From Octopus sinensis (lineage: Eukaryota): a stretch of DNA of 64,000 nt. The DNA lies in assembly GCF_006345805.1 (NCBI RefSeq), contig NC_043003.1, positions 85,374,001 through 85,438,000 of the forward strand, given 5' to 3'. This document shows positions 52,215 to 64,000 of the stretch, piece after piece. Below the pieces are notes generated by a model that was given only the letters and a program-made list of their open reading frames with translations, was not told the DNA's origin and ran no database searches. Both the position numbers and the translations under genes were made by a program. How positions within the stretch are numbered: position 1 is the stretch's first letter; each line of letters begins with the position of its first letter.

Positions 52215-52799
52215 TCACTTGTATATGAATGAAGGATGAGGGAATAGGTATATGCATACACAATGCAATTACTGCGAGTTATTTGTAGTGTGAGATACTG
52301 CTATTTTCTTTAACTAACTCACAGACGTATCAAGAAATATTTTGTTCGCTTATCTCTGAAAATAGGTCACCTCCACTGAGACAATTAGACAATGACTAGA
52401 GTAACAGCAACTTCCTCGGAAATGGCGCAACTTTGGCCTAACCTTGTTGCTAAGATAGATCTTTGTTTGTTTAAAATATGGTTATGATAGGAAATTCTGT
52501 GTAAGAAGACTTATACATATATACAAATAAAAATACATATATGCAAATATATGTGTGCGGTTGTGTGCATGCATGTGCGCACGTGCACAGGTGGGTGCTG
52601 AGAAGTTCCTGGCTTTGGGTAAAAGAAATTACAGAAGAATTAGTTAAGAATTTATTCAACATATTGGCCTCTCAGTTTCACACACTTATTGCAGCGGTTT
52701 CAATTTTTCTAAACCCTGTAAAAGAACTCAGAAGGTTGGGCCTCCATCCAGGCCTTTCCGGATACCCTTAAAGCCAGGAACTTTTCTGAATCACTTCGT

Positions 52800-52910
52800 G
52801 TATATATATATTATATATATATATTATATATATATATTATATATATAATATATATATATATATATTCAAACGACATACATATACAAACATATATATGCAT
52901 ATATATATAT

Positions 52911-52942
<32 letters not shown>

Positions 52943-53008
52943 ATATATATATATATATTATATATATATATATATTATATATATATATATATAATATATA
53001 TATATATA
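52800..53008. repeat. Interrupted (TA)n tract
   Basis: Direct reading. Confidence 0.92.
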
Positions 53009-53578
53009 GGCCTCCACATCATAAAGTTTAAAATTTATCTCGATAGTAAAAATAGAGAAGGAAAAACAGATGATGAAACATTCAAAAGTTAAAATGAAAT
53101 TAAACTGTAATTGAACCTACATTATCCAGCTTCATATTCTAGAAGGTTAACTATTTCGTTTGTGTGTGTGTGTGTGTGTGTGTGTAAATTTGTATAACAT
53201 GCTTAAAGCAGATACATTGTTGAAAACCTGACAAATATATCAGTAGCGACAAAAATCTTCCATTGCCCAATACGCTTTTCTGTTTCTTTGAGCCTCGTCT
53301 GTAGCAAATGTTCACTGGCACCACATTCTAGGCGAAAATCACAGACCTCACATTTAACTGGCAGGCTGAATAAAAATTCGAATATGAACATATTCCTTTC
53401 TCTCCATTGATAAGCATGTGAATGACTATACTTTGCTAAGGATGTCTAATGCAATCAAAACATGAACGTAGTTTTAACTGTATCTACCAAAACTCAAGCT
53501 ATTTTTTCCATTACTGATTTCTAATTATAATTAATTGGGTTTCTAGTGCGTCAACTCATTTCAGCATTTTTTATTTCT

Positions 53579-53778
53579 AAAAGGCAATCTTTACAATCAA
53601 CTTCACGTGGATATTTTATTAGAACACCAAATACTGAGTTATTTACCATTTAAGAGGACCTCTCATATTTTATATCATTGGCAGAGTAGAAAATATGAGA
53701 CGTCCTCTCAAGGCAAATAACTCAGTATTTGGTGTCCTAATAAAATATCCACGTTAAGTTGGATATAAAGGCTGCTTT
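53579..53778. repeat. Inverted repeat hairpin (arms ~90 bp, 18-nt loop)
   Basis: CGTGGATATTTTATTAG.ACACCAAATACTGAGTTATTT pairs with AAATAACTCAGTATTTGGTG.CCTAATAAAATATCCACG. Confidence 0.92.
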
Positions 53779-54015
53779 TGTTGCTGCTATTAATTATTCT
53801 TATTTGATTTAGTTAACCATTATTCATCAATGTTTACCTGTCCTCATCACATTTACAATCTTAGCTAAATTCTGTTCACCACAATAAATGTATCAGCGAC
53901 TATTTCACAATCAACTTCACTAGGTTTGTTGCTTCAAATAACATGTATTTCGTTTGTTGCTTCAAATAACATGTATTTCGTTTATCCTTATTTCGTTTAT
54001 CCTATTTCGTCACAG

Positions 54016-54175
54016 GCAAATCATCCCTGGGTAGTATTCTGTTCAGGCTTGTAAAGGTAGACAAAGGAAAGGTTTTAATTGATGATGATGACATTTCTGA
54101 GATTAACCTCGAGGAATTAAGATCGAAAATATCAATCATACCACAAGACCCTGTTCTATTTTCTGGCACAATAAG
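54016..54175 (+). CDS. ABCC5: ABCC5-like exon 17: NBD2 Walker A second half and Q-loop
   Basis: cacAG|GC...ATAAG|GTAAGA; [12 protein letters not shown]...[20 protein letters not shown]; 160 nt. Confidence 0.95.
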
Positions 54176-54981
54176 GTAAGACAGCAACTCTTTTTTATTT
54201 AGCGAAAACGCATAAATACCTACCCAAAATTCAAAAGGTTTCCTTTATCATGCAATTATGCTGAGTCAGCCTGAGAATTAGGCTAAAGGTACAATTGTCT
54301 GTGGAATATTCAGCTACTTGCACTATAACATGAGATGAACTGTATTTTTATCAGGTCATTAAGAATGAAATGTCCAATTTTGAACTGAAAGTTTATTTTA
54401 CTTTGTCTCAACAAAAAGCAATGCGGTTAAAGTATGCACCTAAATTATCAACACAATTTTGCCATTTTATCGGTAGCTTATTTATGTTGGCAGCGAAGAG
54501 TTCTGGAGAGCAAGAGGTGGTGAAATCACGAAAGGCTGTTTTTGCATTTTCTTCAAATTTGAAGTTTTTTCCTTGCAAAAAGTTGTCTAATGCCGAGAAA
54601 ACGTGATAGTCAGTTCGTGCAAGAACTGGTGAATATGGTAGATGACAAGAGTACTTCCAAGTTCAGTTCCTATAATTTGAGTACCGTTCTTTGTGCAACA
54701 TGTGGTCGAGCATTGTCTTGCAAGAGAATTGGCCTGTCTCTTTCGACCAATCTCGGTTGTTTAATTGCAAGTTCACTCATCATTTCATCCACTTGGTTGA
54801 TCTATACATCCGCTGTAATTGACTTACCAAACTGTAGTGGATGACACCAGCCATGGACCACCGAACAGATATCATGTGTGAGTGTATGTGTGTGTACACG
54901 CGCGGATACATGCATATATATGTATGTTTGTACATACATACATACATGTATAAAAATATATATATATATATATAATATATA

Positions 54982-55027
<46 letters not shown>

Positions 55028-55114
55028 TATATATTTTCTCTTATGAGGTTTTTACGCTATCTACCTGACAATTTCTTGTTAAGTTTTCCTTATTAAGTAG
55101 TTGTCCTTAATTGC

Positions 55115-55160
<46 letters not shown>

Positions 55161-55457
55161 TGTACGTTCATACATACATGTATATAATTCAACTCACTGA
55201 TTAGGTGCTTATGCAGAAGAGAAAAAAATCCACCTGGTTTAGAGATTAATTTATAACATCACGTTAAATTCCAATACTTCCTTACCTCGACGCAAGCATG
55301 TATAATGCTGCATAGCGTTTATAATTAGCTATAACAAATACTGTAAGCAAATCATATTAGAAAAACTAGAAAGCAAACAATATCCTTGATAATTCAAAAG
55401 CTTCATTTCTACAGCTGTTTCGACAACACCTATAGATGTTCACAACTACACAATTAA

Positions 55458-55704
55458 TACTCTTTTATTTGTTTCAGTCATTTGACTGCGTCCATGCTGG
55501 AGCACCGCCTTTAGTCGAGCAAAATCGATCCCAGGACTTATTTTTTGTAAGCCTAGTACTTATTCTATCGGTCTCTTTTGCCGAACCTCTAAGTTACGGG
55601 GACGTAAACACACCAGCATCGGTTGTCAAGCGATGTTGGGGGAGGGGGACAAACACGGACACAAACATATACACACACAAACACACACACACGCACACAC
55701 ACAC

Positions 55705-55758
<54 letters not shown>

Positions 55759-55798
55759 GACGGGCTTCTTTCAGTTTCCGTCTACCAAATCCACTCAC
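55458..55798 (-). mobile_element. SINE family A, head-truncated
   Basis: Matches the 3' two-thirds of 46668-47078. Confidence 0.85.
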
Positions 55799-55904
55799 CA
55801 ATATTAATAATTATTACATAGTAATAGTCGAAAACAATGCGAGTGTATTTCATCAGGACCATACTCGTCCAATCGATGTGAAATGTTAGTGTGCATGTAT
55901 GACA

Positions 55905-56150
55905 AAGTATAAACGTGCTGAGAGATAAATTGGGCATAAAAGGCATCAGATGTGGCGTGCAGGAGAGAAGATGGTGCAGGTATGATCGTGTAACGTGGAT
56001 GGACGAGGACAGCCGATCAGTGAAGAGGGAGACCCAGGAATACATGGGACAAAGTGGTTAAGACTGACCCCAAGATGTTGAGCCTCTTGGAAGACATGAC
56101 GGAGAACCGAGATGAATGGTGATATGTTGTGCTTGAGAAGATCCGTCCAT
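55905..56150 (+). mobile_element. RTE C-terminal fragment, same family as 51480-51730
   Basis: LRDKLGIKGIRCGVQERR...RPRNTWD...VLEK. Confidence 0.65.
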
Positions 56151-56874
56151 CCCAGCACAACTGAGGTTCTGTCAAGCCTTTCTCCACAACTCATCTAACA
56201 CCCTTTCTTCCATCAGCTTTCTTTATTACCCTATTTCCTTCTTTCACTTTCCCTCTGCTGAACTGATATTCTCAATGTCCAACTCACTCCCTATCTCTGA
56301 TCATATGACACTTTTCTCACTCAGCACAATTACCAATGTATCCGCCTTTTCGGCTCCTCTATCCAGCTCTGTCTCTCATATTCACCTTGTACCTTGACCT
56401 CACAGCTCTAACCCCCTCTCTCTCTCTCCAGGTGGGTAAACCATGTATTCACCTCTTCACCCTATCCTATCCTATGAGTTGGCAGTATCTTTGTGTCTGT
56501 CCTTCTCCCCAACCATTGCTTGACAACTGGTATTGGTTTGTTTAGATCTCCATTATTTAGCAGTTCAGCAAAAGAAACCAATAGTATAAGTACAAGGCTT
56601 GAAAAGTAAGTGCTGGGGGTCAATTTGTTCAACACCAGAACTTATTTTATTCATTCGATTAGTTTCTCAAGGCAATGACCCAACATTGCCGCAGTCTAAT
56701 GACTGAAATAAGTAAAAAGAAAAAGAATACTTGAGTACATACATATATATGCATGTATTTAACAATGAATACAATCAAAATAGAACAATAAGGCATGATT
56801 CATATTATTAGAAAACTATCTTTTGAAATAGTTTCCTTAATTCCATGGAAATTCATACAGTTACGTCTTTATAG

Positions 56875-56953
56875 ATACAATCTTGACCCTTTCTCTGAGT
56901 ACTCAGATGAAGAACTGTGGCAATCTCTGGAAAAAGTACAGATAAAGTCCAAA
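56875..56953 (+). CDS. ABCC5: ABCC5-like exon 18: NBD2
   Basis: ctttatAG|A...AAA|GTAAGT; YNLDPFSEYSDEELWQSLEKVQIKSK; 79 nt. Confidence 0.95.
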
Positions 56954-57004
56954 GTAAGTATGATGTTGTTTTCAGATTGAAAATTTCTTTCTCTTTTTCT
57001 CTCC

Positions 57005-57063
<59 letters not shown>

Positions 57064-57064
<1 letters not shown>

Positions 57065-58327
57065 TGAGTCACCCCATAAATAATGTGGTTTTTTCATTCG
57101 CGTGAACTAAAAGTCGGGAGGGAGTGGGATAAACTACCTGCATTAACTTGCTATAAAAGCAGGTAGTAATTTTACCTTGTACTTATTCTTAGTGAAAGCT
57201 TTGAAGAGTGCAGTTCGATTTTAACAGTTATTTTTTAATCTATAATGGAAGTAACAAAGGAGCATATTTGGCATATTTTGCTTTATGAGTTCAATAAAGG
57301 CAACAATGCAATGGAAAGTACGTGGAATATTTATGTAGTATATGGAGATCGGACAATAAGTGCAAGCCAATGTCAACAGTGGTTCCAGAAATTCCAAGCC
57401 AGAAACTACAGCCTAGAAGACAAGCCTCATCCTGGAAGATCTGTCGAGCTTCACAAGACGTCCTGCAAAACCTGGTGGAACAAAATCCCATAACTGTTAA
57501 GGAACTAGCAGAGAAGCTTGGATTTGGTCGTTCAACCATTCATTGACACTTGTATGCCATTAGAAAAATCAGCAAATTAGGTCAATGTGTTCCTCACAAA
57601 CTTTCTGAGTTTAATCGTACTTAGAGAGTGAATGTGTGCTCTTCTTTGCTGTCATGTCTCACAAATGAACCCTCTTTTGGACTGATGACAAAAAATAGGT
57701 TCTCTATAAAAATGTAAAGCACCAAAGACAGTAGGTATGGAAAGGAGAAATACTTGTATCCTAGGCTAAGAAGGTCTTCACCCACGTAAGGTGTTGTTAT
57801 CTATTTGGTGGAATATGAAAGGTGTAGTCCACTTTGAACTTTTAAACCCAAACCAAAGTATAATAAAGGAGATCTACTGCAAGCAGCTTGAGTGGCTTAA
57901 GTCAGCGCCAGATGAAAAACAACCATCTTTGGTTTCAAAATGAAAGGTGTTCTTCCATCAGGATAATGCTTGGCCACATACAGTGAGGATGACATTCCAA
58001 AGGCTGGAGCAGTTTGAATGGGAAACGATGCCCCACCCACCATATTCGCCGGACGTTGCCCCATCTGATTATCATTTATTCCGCAGTCTTCAAAATCATT
58101 TGGACAGGAAAATTATGAATTCTGTAGATGAGGTTAGAACAGTACTGGAGGAGTATTTTTCATCACAGACAAGTGAATTTTGGAAGAGGGGCCTTGCAAA
58201 TCTACCAGATAGACGGAAGAGCATTGTAGAAAAATGAGCAAGGAAATATTTTAGATAAAAAAGAACTTTGTTTATCTTAATTTTGAAAAATAAAAGAAAA
58301 AACCGCATTATTTATGGAATGAACCAA
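57064..58327 (+). mobile_element. Full-length but degenerate mariner (1,264 bp), same family as 26000-27241
   Basis: TA-flanked imperfect TIRs TTGAGTCACCCCATAAATAATGTGGTTTTTT / AAAAAACCGCATTATTTATGGAATGAACCAA; FHQDNAWPH and HPPYSPDVAPSDYHLF; several frameshifts. Confidence 0.94.
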
Positions 58328-58362
58328 TATATATGAACAATATATATGAACACAAATAACAT

Positions 58363-58746
58363 AGGTGCAGGAGTGGCTGTGTGGTAAGTAGCTTGCTTAG
58401 CAACCAAACGGTTTTGGGTTCATTCCCACTGTGTGGCACCTTGAGCAAGTGTCTTCTACTTTAGCCTCGGGCCGACCAAAGCCTTGTGAGTGGATTTGGT
58501 AGATGGAAACTGAAAGAAGTTGTATATATGTATGTGTATGTATATGTTTGTGTGTCTGTGTTTGTCCCCCCAACATCACTTGACAACCAATGATGGCGTG
58601 TTTACGTCCCCGTAACTTAGTGGCAAAAGAGACTGATAGAATAAGTACTAGGCTTCCAAAGAATAAGTCCTGGGGTTGGTTTGCTCGACTAAAGGCTGGT
58701 GCTCCAGCCTGGCCACAGTCAAATGACAGAAACAAGTAAAAGAGTA
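58363..58746 (+). mobile_element. SINE family A, full copy
   Basis: GGTGCAGGAGTGGCTGTGTGGTAAG head to AAACAAGTAAAAGAG tail. Confidence 0.86.
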
Positions 58747-59077
58747 TATGTTTATATAATATAATATATACATATGAAAATAGACATATGGAAAGGCATG
58801 TATTGCACTCAAAATTGCCAGATTGTGGTTTCAATTCCAAGACCAGGTGTTGCATTGTGTTCTTGAGCAAAACGCTCCATTTCACATTGCTCTGCAATCA
58901 TTTCATCAATTGACGTGTGACACATTGTGCACCTGTACTGGATAATGTTGATTTGATGGAGGGAGTAAGCTTGTGTGAACACAAACATTCTGATCACTAT
59001 AAACAAATCATCTGTATGGTTGTTCAGCAAGAAATTACAGAACCATCATATATCCCCTAATAACAAGAGAGAGAGAG

Positions 59078-59111
<34 letters not shown>

Positions 59112-59309
59112 TGTGTGTGTGTGCCTGTGTGTGTGTGTGTTATATACACACACATGCCACACATACAACACATACAATCATATATATATATATATATATA
59201 TAAAATATCAAAGATAAACACACTAGCCTGAATCTATCAATATAGAGTAAAATAAAAATGATGACCAAAAAAACACGACTTTATCTTTAATCATTTTGTA
59301 ACTGTTTAG

Positions 59310-59423
59310 ATCATGAACATGGAGCATTGTCTTGACTCAATGGTTGAAGAAAATGGTGAAAATATTTCTGTTGGAGAAAGGCAACTAATTTGCATGGCAC
59401 GAGCACTCTTGAAGAACAATAAG
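59310..59423 (+). CDS. ABCC5: ABCC5-like exon 19: NBD2 signature
   Basis: tgtttAG|ATC...AAG|GTAAGT; IMNMEHCLDSMVEENGENISVGERQLICMARALLKNNK; 114 nt. Confidence 0.95.
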
Positions 59424-59454
59424 GTAAGTTTTGTCATTTATCATTACAGTAAAA

Positions 59455-59700
59455 AGGGCGGCAAGCTAGTAGAAATGTTAGCATGCCGGGTGAAATGCTT
59501 AGTGGTATTTCGTCTGCCGTTACGTTTTGAGTTCAACTTCCGCCAAGGTCAACTTTGCCTTTCATCCTTTTTTTGGGGGGGGGTCGATAAATTAAGTACC
59601 AGTTACACACTGGGGTCGATGTAATCAATTTAATCCCTTTGTCTGTCCTTGTTTGTCCCCTCTATGTTTAGCCCCTTGTGGGCAATAAAGAAATAAGAAA
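59455..59700 (+). mobile_element. SINE family B copy
   Basis: GGCGGCAAGCTAGTAGAAATGTTAGC...GAGTTCAACTTCC...GCAATAAAGAAATAAG. Confidence 0.82.
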
Positions 59701-61261
59701 TGTTTGCACACCAGACAAAATGTTTTAGTGGCATTTCTTCTGGCTTTACAGTCTGTGATTGTTGAGGTCAACTTTGCTTTTTGTCCTTTCTGAATATTGA
59801 TGTCGATGTAATTGATTAGTACCAACCCACAAAAGTTTCAGGCCTTGTGATTACATTAGAATGAATTATCACAGTAAATGTAAGGGCAGTAAATTGGCAG
59901 AATTGTGAAAATGCATTGCAGTTTATTCAGGCTTTTTATGCACCCACCAAGATCGGCTTCTACCTTTCATCCTTTGGAGACAATTAAATAGAGTACCAGT
60001 CAAATACTAGAATCAATATAGTAAACCGTTCCTCCCCTTAGATTTCTATCCTTGTATCTATTTTAGAAATTAATATATGATAAAGGTAATGAGATATGCA
60101 AAGACAGTAGAGAGAGGAGTTAAATATATTATTTGTATTTAGTTAAATCCCACTATTTTCTGCATTAGATTTCATGGTGGTCAACTTTACCTTACATCTC
60201 TCTGATGTTAATATAAGGACCAGTTTAAGGTGGTGAGCTGGCAGAATCATTAGCTCACCAGAAAAAATGCTTACTGCATTTCATTGTCTTCACATTCTGA
60301 GTTCAAATTCCACCAAGGTTGACTTTGCCTTTCATCCTTTCTGGATCGATAGAATAAGTACCTGTTGAACAATGGGGTCAATGTAATTGGCTTACCCCTT
60401 CTCCTCTTCCCCCATTCCCCCTGAATTTGTTGGCCTTGTGCCAAAATTTGATATCTGTATAAGGACCAGTCAAGTACTGGGCCAAGTGATACACTACACA
60501 GCCTCCAAAAGCTGTGCCAATGTTAAAAATTCTTATTGCTAGGTAGTAGAAGCTCTAGAATAATAAATGGGAAAGCCCTGCACCAGAATTTATAAACCTA
60601 ACAGAAATATACCAGAAGCTTGGTACGGATATGGCTATGAAGTTGAGGAGTCCACTTTGGAATCACCTACTTCCAGATTTGATCCCTCTGTGAGAAACAT
60701 TGGCCAGATATCTTCTCCTATAGTTGCGGTTTGGCCAATACGTTGCAAGTGGAATTTCATAAAGGAAACTATATGGAAATCCATCAATAACAAGGGACGA
60801 GACAGCTTCTATTCAGTTGTTCCAACTGCTACAAATATCCATAAATCACAATCTAATGACTTACAAAAAGAGGATACACTGACTAATGTTGCACTAAATA
60901 TATAACCCAAGAATAGGCAATGGTTAAGACGAAATACTTTTGATGATAGACTTACTCACTCAAAGCTGACTTTGAGCTAATGACAACAACACATCTCTAT
61001 ATGGTCACTCAGCCTTCGAGAAATAGCAGTCAAGTCACACCACATGTTGTCTTAATAACATAAGGACACAATGAATAATAGAATCTATAATAGAATAATA
61101 GAATCTTGCCTTACAGAAAAAGGCAAAATGATTATGGTTAGAATGCCTTTGGTACTTCATTTTTCTGTCAAGTCCACAGAGTGTTGGGGAAAGGAATGGT
61201 GGGGTGATGATATAAATAGTGTTCTTGGACTCATTCACCATCGTTGATTTTAGAGTGAGTG

Positions 61262-61532
61262 AGTCAGAGAAGATGAAGATGAAGAAGGAAGAAGATGAAG
61301 ATGAAAAAGGATGCAGAAGGAAGAAGATGAAGAAGAAAGATGAAGAAGATGAAGAAGATGATGAAGAAGGAAGGAAGAAGATGAAGAAGGAAGAAGATGA
61401 AGAAGGATGAAGATGAAGACGAAGAATGAGAATGAAGAATGAAGATGAAGAATGAAGATAAAGAATGAAGATGATGAAGGAAGATGAAGAAGGCAGAAGA
61501 TGAAAATGAAGAAAGAAGAGGGGAAAAGAAGA
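61262..61532. repeat. Degenerate GAA/GAT polypurine tract
   Basis: Direct reading; source of the spurious K/E/D- and F/S/L-rich ORFs. Confidence 0.9.
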
Positions 61533-62126
61533 AGAAACATCCTCCAGTACTAGACTGATACTTCACATATCAGCACCCAGAGGGATGGAAAGTAAAGCTG
61601 AGGTTGTTAATGCTCTTCAGAAATCCCATATTTCTTTGTCACTTGGCCATCCTTAACTGACAACTCCGTTGGCTGGATACATACTGAGTGCCTACTTCAA
61701 CATCTATAAACCAAGCCTTTCAGTTGACGCATACAAGCCAGAGAAAAAGAGGATGATTGAAGATCGAGTGTCACTAAAGAGATGCTTGTGTCTGGTGAAC
61801 AGGTGTTGGAGCAACACCAAAAATCTAGCATAGGACAATAAGTAATAAATTAAATGCTGTAACTGCTCTGTGTAATCAATGGAGCACCCTGGCAGTTTCA
61901 TACATCACATGGTGTGGAAATTCCTAAATCTAAGTTAATGTCTAAGATAATAAAAAAAACTTATACTGAGCCTAACAGCTCTGGATTTCTACTTTATATG
62001 TTTTTACCTATGTGTGAAATAGTTTATTGAGTTTTCTTTCGTTGATTGTTTCTGTTTTATGTTTAGCACAGCCATAAATGCTGTTATGATCAAAGTATTG
62101 AGTCTCTCTTTATTTCTCTTGGCTAG

Positions 62127-62291
62127 ATTTTATTGCTGGACGAAGCTACCGCCTCCATAGATACAGGAACCGATGCTATAATACAAGCAACAATTGCTAG
62201 AGTCTTTTCTGACTATACTGTATTGACAATTGCACATCGTCTGAACACAGTATTAAACTGCGATAAAATATTGGTTATGGACCAAGGACAG
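62127..62291 (+). CDS. ABCC5: ABCC5-like exon 20: NBD2 Walker B, D-loop and H-loop
   Basis: ctcttggctAG|ATT...CAG|GTATGC; [16 protein letters not shown]...[22 protein letters not shown]; 165 nt. Confidence 0.95.
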
Positions 62292-63242
62292 GTATGCATT
62301 GGTTTTCTTTTTTTTTTTTTGTTTAAGATTATCCTGTTCTGATTCTCTGGTGTAGCTATTAGCTTCAATTTATTTGAACATCAAAACTCAGCGTTCATTC
62401 TCCATTAAAGTTTCATAGAGCTTATTCCTCATTAGCAAACGATGCTGATTACAACTAATCATGCCAAAAATATAAGGGAGAATTCTGAAGAATAAAATCA
62501 CACATGAAGAAAGTAACCAGAAATAGGTTATTTGCAATAAGAAAAATCATCACTTAATACAGGGGATTAAATAGTAATTACAGACAAAAGTTGTACTCAA
62601 TACGTGTTCTGTGTAGGATACTGATAATTTAGGAATAAAACAGTGTGGAGAATAATACAGTGGCGAGGAAAAATAGAAAGAAAAGCAGGGGGTTGCCATT
62701 CTTTTTATGTTTTAGTTTTAAGGAAGTTCAATTGGGATCACAAAGAAATTAGAATAAAGGATTTTAAATAGAAACCTATATACCAAAATCCAAAAAGAGT
62801 TCTGTGTTTAAGCAGTAAAGATAATGAAGCTAATAATTGCAGTTAACAACGACCTAAAAAGCTAAATCATACTTCAAAACTGCTTCGTGTCAGATAATAT
62901 ACCATTGTGCAGTACATTGATTTAATTTCTTCTTCCTTACCTTTGGATTAACGAATACCTAGCAAATTAAATTTCACATACAAATATAGTCAGTTAATAT
63001 ACATTTTACAGAGCCACCTGTGAATACATAAAAGTCAGGGGGTTTTTACCACAATACAATACCAGCACTAAATCAACATAACTGGGAATATAGAAACAAC
63101 CTCCATAATATAAAATTAGAGGCAACACAAATACCTTCCTACTCCTAAAGTAGACAGTAGTGCAACTTACTGCATAAACACAAAAGTGCACCTACTTGTA
63201 AGGTAAATAACTTGCATGACAGTACAGCAATAAATTAAAATA

Positions 63243-63576
63243 CAGGAGCGGCTGTGTGGTAAGTAGCTTGCTTACCAACCACATGGTTCCTGGTTCAGTC
63301 CCACTGTGTGGCACCTTGGGCAAGTGTCTTCTACTATAGCCTCGGCCAACCAAAGCCTTGTGAGTGGATTTGGTAGACGGAAACTGAAAGAAGCCCGTCG
63401 TATATATGTATTTATATGTATGTGTGTGTATATGTTTGTGTATCTGTGTTTGTCCCCCCAACGTCGCTTGACAACCAATGCTGGTGTGTTTACGTCCCCG
63501 TAACTTAGCGGTTCGGCAAAACAGACTGATAGAATAAGTACTAGGCTTACAAAGAATAAGTCCTGGGGTCGATTTG
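63243..63576 (+). mobile_element. SINE family A, 3'-truncated at an RTE fragment
   Basis: Head to GGGGTCGATTTG, then a switch to RTE sequence. Confidence 0.85.
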
Positions 63577-63830
63577 TGGTAGATGGAACTTCTAGTTTTT
63601 TCCCCTGGTATGTGAGGGAATCTGTTTTCTGTATATCTTCAGTCTTTATTGCCCCTATGTACCTGCCACACACAAAAACTATCTTCCCGATTAACCTTCC
63701 TTTGATATTGCTGTACCTTTTATGTGTCCATAGCTTACACCAGGTACATCTTATGGAGTTTCTACCCACGCTTTTTCTACAGATCGAGCAGAGCCATCTA
63801 TCCTTGTTGTCTTTTCATTAATACAGGAGT
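63577..63830 (-). mobile_element. RTE fragment containing the Cys/His-rich segment
   Basis: Minus strand RWLCSICRKSVGRNSIRCTWCKLWTHKRYSNIKGRL; homologous to 50743-51213. Confidence 0.82.
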
Positions 63831-64000
63831 GGAGAGTAAAAACTTACACTAATATCATTGTGACAGGTGGCCTGGTATTTGTTTGAGAACTACAGAGTGA
63901 AGATACTCATGGGTCAGGGATCATTTCTGAACTGAGCCACAGATTATGCCTACCACCTACCAACATTTGAACTAACTGACCCTTGTAATTTAGCTGAATA

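Noticed and set aside
60567-60905. 112-aa ORF as a nested gene
   Set aside because: No recognisable domain or splice context; another frame weakly resembles a decayed LINE C-terminus, too weak to call.

Overview
Eukaryotic, AT-rich and repeat-dense DNA. The SINE, mariner, RTE and microsatellite content looks like an Octopus (coleoid cephalopod) genome; this is an inference from repeat style, not a database match. The whole window lies inside one plus-strand gene for an ABCC/MRP transporter of the ABCC5/11/12 type. I resolved 20 phase-consistent GT-AG exons (2232..62291; 3,234 nt, 1,078 codons, no internal stop). They encode the end of TMD1, NBD1, the linker, TMD2 and nearly all of NBD2. The N-terminal exons and the last exon lie outside the window. 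Introns are filled with tRNA-derived SINEs, Tc1/mariner elements, a hAT MITE, non-autonomous Helitrons, RTE, R4/Dong-type and Penelope-like fragments, and microsatellites. Most ORF-track entries are repeat artefacts. The most notable observations are: a ~150-aa Thr/Asn-rich, internally repeated, sequon-dense extracellular loop in TMD2; a 1,152-bp tandem duplication with breakpoints in two Helitrons just upstream of that exon; a fold-back RTE LINE with an apparent PHD finger inside its RT region; several long intronic hairpins; and stacked insertions in an (AAT)n tract. I found no convincing wholly new multi-gene system.
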